The position numbers were made by a program, and so were the translations under genes. From contig CAZMCX010000035.1 of assembly GCA_964565125.1 (NCBI GenBank), positions 1 through 7,877 on the forward strand: a stretch of DNA of 7,877 nt. Direction: 5' to 3'. This document shows positions 1-6,384 of the stretch, piece by piece; position 1 is the first letter of the stretch, and each line of letters starts with the position of its first letter. This DNA is from an uncultured archaeon (GTDB lineage Archaea > Iainarchaeota > Iainarchaeia > Iainarchaeales > 0-14-0-20-30-16). Under the pieces are notes generated by a model. It did not search any database and was not told the DNA's origin. It saw only the letters and a list, made by a program, of their open reading frames with translations.

Positions 1-60
1 AAGAAAGCAATTTGCTTACGCAAATGATTTCTGGGCCCACAAAAAATCGGATGTGATTTT

Positions 61-753
61 ATGGGTTTATTCTTTAAATCAAACAAAAATTACAAGGGTT
101 ATACTCTTATTGAGGGTTTCCCTTCGGCAGACCTAATCAGTTCTATTACCACAAAGTATCTAATTGAAAACCTAAAAATGGACTACTTAGGCCATTTTGA
201 GCACGATAATACTGCCCCCATAGTAAAAATTGAAAACGGGATTCCACAGCACCCAATAAGAGCTTATGTTACCCACAAACACAAACTTATTTGTATAATT
301 TCTGACCAGATTATTCAAAAAGAGGACCTAAAAAGCTATTGCCATATTGTTCTAAATTGGGCAAAGAAATCAAAAATGGAGAGAATACTTTCTATTGGTG
401 GAATAATAGATAACAACGAAACCATCTTGGGTGTTGCAAACAACAAAAAGAATTTATCATATTTAGAAAAATACAATATCCAAAAAATAAAAGAAGGAAT
501 AACAGCAGGAATTGGCGCACAATTTTTTATTCTTGAAAAAGATTATCCAATATATCTAATTTTAGTTCCATTTCTTCAAACAAAAAACTATGACGCCGCA
601 GCAAAAGCAATTGGTTTATTGAATAAAATGTATAACTTGAACATAGATAATAAGCCATTACTTGCAGAATCAAAGAAATTGAGCGAGATAGTAAATAGCC
701 AGATGAAAGAAGTAAAAGAAAAAGAAAAAAACGGACATAATATGTACATCTAA
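61..753 (+). CDS. PAC2-family proteasome assembly chaperone (archaeal PbaA/PbaB-like, COG1938-type), 230 aa
   Basis: ATG at 61 with GTGAT (53-57) 3 nt upstream; TAA at 751-753. The N-terminal block YTLIEGFPSADLISSITTKYLIENL matches by eye the PAC2 signature (LIxGFPGxGLVGxIAxxYLIExL). The later blocks HPIRAY and RILSIGGI are also family-like. The extreme C-terminus Met-Tyr-Ile (742-750) fits the HbYX proteasome alpha-ring docking motif. No HMM search was run. Confidence 0.7.
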   Translation: MGLFFKSNKNYKGYTLIEGFPSADLISSITTKYLIENLKMDYLGHFEHDNTAPIVKIENGIPQHPIRAYVTHKHKLICIISDQIIQKEDLKSYCHIVLNWAKKSKMERILSIGGIIDNNETILGVANNKKNLSYLEKYNIQKIKEGITAGIGAQFFILEKDYPIYLILVPFLQTKNYDAAAKAIGLLNKMYNLNIDNKPLLAESKKLSEIVNSQMKEVKEKEKNGHNMYI

Positions 754-788
754 CTTTTTCTTTCTTTTAAAAAAAGAAAGTAAAAAGT
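753..788 (+). terminator. T-rich tract plus hairpin immediately after the PAC2 stop codon
   Basis: The pyrimidine run CTTTTTCTTTCTTTT (754-768) pairs with AAAAGAAAG-T-AAAAAG (772-787). The stem is 15-16 bp with one bulged T at 781 and an AAA loop at 769-771. Oligo-T tracts alone act as archaeal terminators. The stem is almost entirely A-U, so the hairpin itself is weak. Confidence 0.45.
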
Positions 789-818
789 ACAGTCTATTAA
801 AAGAAAGAAAATTGTATG

Positions 819-907
819 TTGAACCAAAGGTTCAAGCATACTTAACTATTTGTTTTGAAAAATAGAAACTTACCAAAAGGTAAGCAAAGAGTTACTTAAT
901 GGTAACT
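819..907. promoter_or_regulatory. Three palindromic operator-like sites upstream of the wHTH-MNT gene
   Basis: Site 1 is TTGAACC-AAA-GGTTCAA (819-835), with flanking GTATG/CATAC extending the arms to 814-841 with one bulge. Site 2 is CTTACC-AAAA-GGTAAG (869-884). Site 3 is AGTTAC-TTAATG-GTAACT (890-907). Sites 2 and 3 share a TTAC...GTAA core and are 22 bp apart centre to centre. Site 3 abuts the TATA-like element. Confidence 0.4.
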
Positions 908-916
908 ATATAAATA
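907..916 (+). promoter_or_regulatory. TATA-box-like element for the MNT/HEPN operon (probably a leaderless transcript)
   Basis: TATATAAATA lies at 907-916, with its centre about 27 nt upstream of ATG 939. This is the standard archaeal TATA-to-TSS distance. No GTGAT-type SD precedes ATG 939, unlike the operon-internal genes here. Confidence 0.45.
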
Positions 917-938
917 ACTTTCTATACGGATTATAAAT

Positions 939-1493
939 ATGAATTTAAATTTTGAAAACCCCCTTTTAAAGCATTTACTCTTACACCCCGACAAAAAGTT
1001 TTACTTTAATGAATTATCTCGATTGTTAAAACGTAACCCAAAGCTGTTGTCAAAAGATATAAAGACATATTTAGAATTGGGCCTAATTGAAAAAACAGGA
1101 TCAACAAGAACAAGTAATATTTATCTAAAAGAATCCCTACTTGTTATTGGAATCAAAAAAATTTGGCTATTATTTGCCCTTAAAAAATACTTAATTGACC
1201 TAGATAATAGTATAAAAAGAATTATTTTATTTGGAAGCTTTGCAAAAGGAAATTATAATTCTACTAGTGATATAGATATTCTTGTTTTAGTTGATGACAA
1301 AACAAAAAAAATAGATTTGTCTTGTTTTACAAAATTAGAAGATTATTTAGACAAAGAATTGGGACTAGTTATTTATGACACAGAAGAATATTATCAAAAG
1401 CTCAAGAAAAAAAACAAATTTGCCACAGAAATAAATAAATATGGCGTTGAGATATATGATTATTACAAAAATTCAAAAGAATTATTGATATAG
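939..1493 (+). CDS. Winged-HTH-fused minimal nucleotidyltransferase (MNT, Pol-beta/NTP_transf_2 superfamily); putative antitoxin of a HEPN/MNT pair, 184 aa
   Basis: ATG at 939; TAG at 1491-1493. RIILFGSFAKGNYNSTSDIDILVLV carries the G-S-x10-D-x-D nucleotidyltransferase motif. The N-terminal ~70 aa (FYFNELSRLLKRNPKLLSKDIKTYLELGLIEKTG...NIYL) reads as an ArsR/MarR-like wHTH. A HEPN ORF follows 7 nt downstream. Confidence 0.8.
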   Translation: MNLNFENPLLKHLLLHPDKKFYFNELSRLLKRNPKLLSKDIKTYLELGLIEKTGSTRTSNIYLKESLLVIGIKKIWLLFALKKYLIDLDNSIKRIILFGSFAKGNYNSTSDIDILVLVDDKTKKIDLSCFTKLEDYLDKELGLVIYDTEEYYQKLKKKNKFATEINKYGVEIYDYYKNSKELLI

Positions 1494-1500
1494 TGATATT

Positions 1501-1740
1501 ATGGACTTAAAACGTTGTATTGAATCAGGATCAATTAAAAAGGATGAATCTACAAAAGAATTTATTAATTCCAGTATTAAAAATTCAGAACCATTTCTAG
1601 AATCCTGCAACGCAAATATCAATATTAAAGATTATCGTATGGCCTTCATATCAGGATATTTGTCAATTTTTCATACTGCTAGAGCCTTACTATATTATAA
1701 AGGCTATAAAGAGCACAGCCATATTTGTCTTTTTGCATAA
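1501..1740 (+). CDS. HEPN domain protein, N-terminal portion (79 aa) ended by an in-frame TAA; likely a disrupted toxin gene
   Basis: ATG at 1501 with GTGAT (1493-1497) 3 nt upstream, overlapping the MNT stop codon. FISGYLSIFHTARALLYYKGYKEHSHICLF matches by eye the HEPN (PF05168-type) pattern A..A.FHa.kALL...G....SH. The ORF stops at TAA 1738-1740 in the middle of the domain. Confidence 0.7.
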   Translation: MDLKRCIESGSIKKDESTKEFINSSIKNSEPFLESCNANINIKDYRMAFISGYLSIFHTARALLYYKGYKEHSHICLFA

Positions 1741-1776
1741 CTAAAAGAATTATATTCTGAAGAAAAGGAAATACTA

Positions 1777-1923
1777 ATGCACATATCATATTTTGAAAGA
1801 TACCGACTAGATAGATCTAAAGTACAATATGAGGGGCGTAGTGTTTCAGAAAAAGAAGCACAGTTAATTTATACTGATGCAAAGTTTTTTTTGAAAGATA
1901 TAAAAAGGCATTTGAAAATTTAA
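1777..1923 (+). CDS. HEPN C-terminal remainder (48 aa from ATG 1777; the open frame begins at 1741)
   Basis: This is the same frame as 1501-1740 and it is open from 1741 to TAA 1921-1923. It encodes ...ISYFERYRLDRSKVQYEGRSVSEKEAQLIYTDAKFFLKDIKRHLKI, which resembles the last two HEPN helices (R..R....Y followed by eeA...A..F). AGGA (1766-1769) lies 7 nt before ATG 1777. It is unclear whether this part is translated separately. Confidence 0.4.
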   Translation: MHISYFERYRLDRSKVQYEGRSVSEKEAQLIYTDAKFFLKDIKRHLKI

Positions 1924-1932
1924 CTACTATAC

Positions 1933-1938
1933 TTTTTT
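1933..1938 (+). terminator. Oligo-T (T6) tract downstream of the HEPN frame
   Basis: TTTTTT lies at 1933-1938, 10 nt after TAA 1921-1923. This is an archaeal-type oligo-T termination signal. It sits in the convergent intergenic region. Confidence 0.3.
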
Positions 1939-1948
1939 GAATTCATGC

Positions 1949-2026
1949 TCAAAACGTGGTTTTAATTCTCTTTTTGCAAAATGGTTTCTTTACGAACTTG
2001 CTAAGCATAAATTCAAACTTAGCCAT
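1949..2026 (-). CDS. Candidate small ORF: 25-aa basic peptide MAKFEFMLSKFVKKPFCKKRIKTTF
   Basis: On the minus strand, the giant-gene stop TAA (2047-2045) is followed by an 18-nt spacer, AATATAAGGAGTGAGTTT, and then ATG (2026-2024). GGAGTGAG-TTT-ATG reproduces the SD geometry of the supported genes in this window. The stop is TGA (1951-1949). The ORF is below the track length cutoff and I recognise no homology. Confidence 0.25.
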   Translation of the reverse strand: MAKFEFMLSKFVKKPFCKKRIKTTF

Positions 2027-2044
2027 AAACTCACTCCTTATATT

Positions 2045-5000
2045 TTATTCTTCCTCTCTTTTGAAATACAAATATACAAACATGCTACTTACCAGCATTA
2101 CTAATCCTGATGCTAATAGACTTCCTGTTAAAGGAATATCCCAACTTGATTTGCTATCTCCAGGTGGATTCAATGCACCGCTTATTGGGTTATCAGAAGG
2201 ATGGGTATTATTTCCTTGTGTTGCTGACCCGTGCAATTTGAAATCATCATCTATTGGCAGCACTTGTGCATTATCAACATACCATTTTCCTGTGCTAGGG
2301 TCATAATAGAACGCACCATCTTTTCCTTGTGCAATTAGTAATGGCTGTTTATCACCATTATAAGATAACATTGGCTTTCCATTTGCAGCTTCAAATCCAA
2401 TATCATGTGTTTTCCCATCCGCTGTTGTGACTTTATAACCATTGGGTGTTTTTGTAACACTTGTTACTTCCGCATCACTCATTACTCTTCCTGTTTCTCT
2501 ATCTACAACTTTCATATATTTTTTACATACTCCGCCTTCCATTTTTGAATAAAATATTAGATTATATTTTGGAGTCTGGAAGTATTGGAATGGACCTGCT
2601 TTTTCTAAAGCAGCATTCATTTTTCCAACTTCTTCTTCAGCAGTTATATCCCCCATAACTGGGGCTAATTTCAAATCAAATGCATCTTCTTCACAACCAG
2701 TTTCTTCATTTATCTGTGGGTTATGATTTGACATCAAATTAGAAATATATTTTCCATCAATTTGTGCCATGTTTTCTACCCACATAATAAACTCATTTGT
2801 CTGTGCTTTGTAAACAATTGACCCTTTTTCAAATGCAATACCTACAACACCATCTAATTCATAGGTTTCTTTTGCATTCTTTATTATTACTGTTCTATCG
2901 CCTTTAACAGTAAGCATTGAATTAGGCATAGGGATTCTCCCAACACTTGCCCCTTCCATTGAGAATTGATTTTCTACGTCATATAAACTTGGTCTAATTA
3001 TTGTTCCGGATTCAACCAAGATTTCTGTAACTGGCCCCATATGTTCATACAAAGAATTACTTATCATTGTCATTCCTGTTTGCTCAAATACCCCGGCCTT
3101 TATACAATCAAGCATAGCAGGATCTTTTACTAAAAAGTCACCATTAGTATGTGCCTCAAACATGTTTCCAACACTACTTGCCTTAAAAACCGTAACTGCA
3201 ACCGGCATACTATAAAATGGACCTCTATTATTTCTTTTAGTTAATCTTACAATATCCGGGTGGTCTATCTTTTTTCCATTTATTTCAAAAAGACCGTTTT
3301 CCATATCTAATACTGCGGTTTTTCCATCTTTATCAACCAAATTCGTATATGATTTATCGTCATATTTTAGATTTGTTTGACTTGCATTTCCACCTTCCCA
3401 AATTAGGAAAATGTCTTCAGCATAAACAGATCCATTAGTTTTTCCTTTTGTTTCAACATTTATCTGTATTGCTTCATATGATTTATCAGATATTATTTTA
3501 TTAAATTGGTCTTTAATTTTGGTTGCGATTTTATCAAATGGTGTTCCCCCAAGAAGAGACTTTTCAGTTTCTTTTTTTCCTTGCGAAGCTACACCACCAA
3601 TTTTCGCCATTAAAGAATCATTTTTGTCTTGATAAGGAATTAGAGAATCAGTAATATAATAACCATCAACAATATCAGCACAATTCCCAACTTGTTCTTG
3701 AACTTGTTCCATTATTAGTATTGATGACACTACACTCAATGCCAATCCAGGAATTCCGGTAAGAGCCAAACCAATTGAGTTATCAACTATTCCCAGGGGT
3801 ATTGCAAATTTAGACGGATCAACATCAGACGCAAACATACTGCCAAAAGGTATGCCTGCAATAGTTAGGTCTTTTGCTTTACTTATACAATCTTCTTTTT
3901 GTGCTAATGCGGATGCTAAATTTATCTCTCCATCTTTACCCAATATATTCATTCTATGTACAAATGCACTTAATGTAAATCCCGGGTCTGGCTCATCAGA
4001 TGGAACTGGATCTGGGAATTCAACAACATAACTTTTTGTTCCTTGCAAAGATAGAGTATTTACATGTATTTTGTCAGTTACAATATCAACAGCTTTCCCC
4101 GAAATCGTACCCTTTTTCTTTATTTCTTCTTTTGCGGGTTGTTTATTTAAAGAAAAAGTACAAGCGCTCTCACCGCATTTTACTGCTTCATTATAAAATA
4201 CTAAATCTTCTGGCTCATCCCTAAATTGATGACCAAAAAAAGATTTTATGCTTTGTTCCATTTCATTAGATAATAATCCAATGTTATCAATAAACACAAT
4301 ATAGTCAATTACTTTTGAAAACATATCACCATTATTGCTTCCTTCTCTTGAAAATATATCCATATATGCACTGTTATACAAAGTATCTACACCAGTATAT
4401 GTTTTTATTGTTGTTAGATCTTGGTCCTTAATCATATACGCTTTAAAAGTATCTCCAAATTCTCCGGTTTTTGCCATCCAATACATTGTTGGAATAGTCT
4501 CAAGTTTTATAAGGCCTCCAACTGCCCCCCCTTTTCCGGCCCACAATTTCATGAAGAAATTCATTGCGTTGGGGCTTCTTGTTGGCATTGCCTTTGCGCT
4601 TTGCAAAGTGTTCATAATTACTGAATAGTTGTTTGCTGCGGTGGCGTACTTATATTTAACAAAATTGTAATAATCTTTTGCAAAATTCTTTGTAAAATTA
4701 TCCTGACCGCCATATGCGGAAAAATCAATTTTTGTTCTGTTCGCAGTAAGTACCTGAAGGTTTCCAACACCCTCTTTTGCTGCCAATTCTTTTATTGTCT
4801 CGACATTTGCTGCATTTAATATAGTTGGTACCCCGCCAAGCTCAACCATATACTCTTCTGCTGGGTTACTCTTCAAAAAGTTTTTTAAGTCTGGAAGCGC
4901 AACATCTCCTACTTTTCCGCCCGAAGACATTTTGTACATTTTATTTAAATTTAATTTTCCTGCTATAAAGCCGGGGGACACATCAAACTCTGTTATTGAC

Positions 5001-6376
5001 TTCATTCCCATCGAAGATCCACTGGCAGTATCCGTAACCCACCCCGCAAAATTTTTATTCAAAAAAGCCTTATCCATTTCTGCACCAAGCAACTGTGGTG
5101 CATTCTTTGCTGCTTGTATGGCTGCATCTCGTTTTAGTATTACATCTGAGTTTTTTTCTAAACTTTCCAAAAACCCTTTTCCATAACTTGCTGCAGATGC
5201 CCTCGCAGTTATTACCTCTCCAATTGCTTCTTTTGCTTGAGCAGTAGTTAAATTAGGAATAAGATCTTTTTGAACTGCCGCCATTGCTTTTACTGGAACA
5301 ATTTCATAAACATTCTCACCCAGTACTTTAAGACTTCCACCTATGTTCCCTTTTTGTAGAGCCTTGGTGGTTACATGATTAATATTTTTTGAAAAATAGT
5401 CAAAATCTTTAGCCACAAGTTTATACCACGTGTTCTTAAATGCTTGCTTTACCGGATCCGTACCTTTTTTTATAAATTTTGTGGCTGCCCCAATATATTT
5501 AAAAGATGCAAGACCACCAAACAATTTACTTGCTGCACCCCAAACCATTGGACCTCCAGCAACAGATATTAGACTGCCCGAATAATAAGCATTGTATCTT
5601 TTGTCAAAAAAAGAATACAGCAAAACTCTACACCGACTATCTGAATCTTGATTATTACAAAGCATTAAAAATTCTGAAGAAAAATCATCAACTAAAAAAC
5701 TACTCATTGGTTTTTCTTGAAGCCCGTGAGTAAATTTTATAACATTAATATCTTGTTGGCCACCAGCTTGACTTAATTCTACTTTATTTTTCAGTTCTTC
5801 TTGGTTAACCATTCCTGCACCAACAGTATCTTTTTGTTTTATTTCGTCCCCTGTAAAAAAGGATTTTACACCCTCGGTAAAAGTCTTTATTGCGCCATCT
5901 GAATTTCTCAAATATAATCCATTATTATCCGAAGTAACAGCACAGCCGACTGTGCCGGCCTTACATCGCCCAATTCTCAAAGAATCATTTAAGAATATAC
6001 CATAAGCATAATCTCCACTAATAACTTTCCCAAACATATAAGAGTCATATGGTAACTTTTGATCAGTTTTTAGACCGGCAGTTATCGCTTTATCGTCATT
6101 AATAGACATAAAAGTTGCATTTTTTTTAACATCTTTTTTTTCAACTGTTTTTTCTGAATTTTTTAGATCTTCTGGTTTGCCGGCAATTATCTGATTTGGA
6201 GAAAAACCAGTTCTCAAATATTCATCCCACAAAATATTTATTTCTTCTGGGCGCAATCTATCTTGTTTACAGGCATCTCCACCATAATAATCTGCAGAAG
6301 GGACATAAGAGAACGCGATTGTAGAAAAGAATATATTAAAAAGAATAAAATACATTAACAGATGCTTATAGCCCAT
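2045..6376 (-). CDS. Giant secreted/membrane-anchored protein of unknown function (~1443 aa), putative cell-surface protein
   Basis: An uninterrupted 4.3-kb frame in AT-rich DNA. The preferred start is the second ATG (6376) because GGTGAT (6386-6381, minus strand) then sits 3 nt upstream, as for the other genes; ATG 6379 is an alternative. The track start at 6424 is a TTG that overlaps the upstream gene. The N-terminus MGYKHLLMYFILFNIFFSTIAFS is signal-peptide-like. The C-terminus is IPLTG, then 20 hydrophobic residues, then KREEE. There are three short Cys loops (C-x6-C, C-x8-C, C-x4-C). I recognise no catalytic or repeat domain. Confidence 0.9.
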   Translation of the reverse strand: MGYKHLLMYFILFNIFFSTIAFSYVPSADYYGGDACKQDRLRPEEINILWDEYLRTGFSPNQIIAGKPEDLKNSEKTVEKKDVKKNATFMSINDDKAITAGLKTDQKLPYDSYMFGKVISGDYAYGIFLNDSLRIGRCKAGTVGCAVTSDNNGLYLRNSDGAIKTFTEGVKSFFTGDEIKQKDTVGAGMVNQEELKNKVELSQAGGQQDINVIKFTHGLQEKPMSSFLVDDFSSEFLMLCNNQDSDSRCRVLLYSFFDKRYNAYYSGSLISVAGGPMVWGAASKLFGGLASFKYIGAATKFIKKGTDPVKQAFKNTWYKLVAKDFDYFSKNINHVTTKALQKGNIGGSLKVLGENVYEIVPVKAMAAVQKDLIPNLTTAQAKEAIGEVITARASAASYGKGFLESLEKNSDVILKRDAAIQAAKNAPQLLGAEMDKAFLNKNFAGWVTDTASGSSMGMKSITEFDVSPGFIAGKLNLNKMYKMSSGGKVGDVALPDLKNFLKSNPAEEYMVELGGVPTILNAANVETIKELAAKEGVGNLQVLTANRTKIDFSAYGGQDNFTKNFAKDYYNFVKYKYATAANNYSVIMNTLQSAKAMPTRSPNAMNFFMKLWAGKGGAVGGLIKLETIPTMYWMAKTGEFGDTFKAYMIKDQDLTTIKTYTGVDTLYNSAYMDIFSREGSNNGDMFSKVIDYIVFIDNIGLLSNEMEQSIKSFFGHQFRDEPEDLVFYNEAVKCGESACTFSLNKQPAKEEIKKKGTISGKAVDIVTDKIHVNTLSLQGTKSYVVEFPDPVPSDEPDPGFTLSAFVHRMNILGKDGEINLASALAQKEDCISKAKDLTIAGIPFGSMFASDVDPSKFAIPLGIVDNSIGLALTGIPGLALSVVSSILIMEQVQEQVGNCADIVDGYYITDSLIPYQDKNDSLMAKIGGVASQGKKETEKSLLGGTPFDKIATKIKDQFNKIISDKSYEAIQINVETKGKTNGSVYAEDIFLIWEGGNASQTNLKYDDKSYTNLVDKDGKTAVLDMENGLFEINGKKIDHPDIVRLTKRNNRGPFYSMPVAVTVFKASSVGNMFEAHTNGDFLVKDPAMLDCIKAGVFEQTGMTMISNSLYEHMGPVTEILVESGTIIRPSLYDVENQFSMEGASVGRIPMPNSMLTVKGDRTVIIKNAKETYELDGVVGIAFEKGSIVYKAQTNEFIMWVENMAQIDGKYISNLMSNHNPQINEETGCEEDAFDLKLAPVMGDITAEEEVGKMNAALEKAGPFQYFQTPKYNLIFYSKMEGGVCKKYMKVVDRETGRVMSDAEVTSVTKTPNGYKVTTADGKTHDIGFEAANGKPMLSYNGDKQPLLIAQGKDGAFYYDPSTGKWYVDNAQVLPIDDDFKLHGSATQGNNTHPSDNPISGALNPPGDSKSSWDIPLTGSLLASGLVMLVSSMFVYLYFKREEE

Positions 6377-6384
6377 CATATCAC

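Noticed and set aside
1-56. A possible 3' end of an upstream plus-strand gene: frame 3 ends at TGA 54-56 inside the GTGAT SD, and frame 1 ends at TGA 25-27. There is also a small hairpin, ATTTGC-TTAC-GCAAAT, at 10-25.
   Set aside because: At most 18 codons are visible, there is no recognisable motif, and two frames are equally open. The 6-bp hairpin is within chance expectation for this composition.
829-841. GGTTCAAGC resembles a tRNA T-arm (GGTTCRANYC).
   Set aside because: There is no matching acceptor, D or anticodon arm, and no G+C-rich stems as expected for archaeal tRNAs. The sequence is simply one arm of the 814-841 palindrome.
1738-1740. TAA reassigned to a sense codon (alternative genetic code) as the explanation for the in-frame stop in HEPN.
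   Set aside because: TAA also terminates the PAC2 gene (751-753), the giant gene (2047-2045) and the HEPN frame itself (1921-1923) at sensible protein ends. A global reassignment is therefore not supported.
2000-2023. Inverted repeat GCTAAG-N12-CTTAGC in the convergent intergenic region, considered as a terminator hairpin.
   Set aside because: It has only a 6-bp stem with a 12-nt loop, it lies inside the candidate small ORF, and there is no adjacent strong T-tract on the minus strand.
1956-2306. Track ORF (+), 116 aa, starting at GTG.
   Set aside because: Most of it lies antisense to the 3' end of the 4.3-kb minus-strand gene. The translation is low-complexity and L/S/I-rich, with no start context. 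It is a shadow ORF.
2279-2317. GAFYYDPSTGKWY resembles a choline/cell-wall-binding or YD-type repeat unit.
   Set aside because: Only a single copy is discernible by eye, whereas these domains function as tandem arrays. It is worth a profile search but is not supportable from the sequence alone.
3431-3457. VETKGKTNG looks superficially like a Walker A P-loop (GK[ST]).
   Set aside because: It lacks the [AG]-x4 spacing before GKT, has no Walker B partner, and lies in a predicted extracellular region.
2461-5733. Five plus-strand track ORFs inside the giant gene: 2461-2658, 4000-4224, 4335-4628/4421-4624, 4932-5186 and 5506-5733.
   Set aside because: All are short, mutually overlapping in part, and antisense to an uninterrupted 1443-codon frame. 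Their translations are L/F/S-rich with no motifs. They are antisense shadows.
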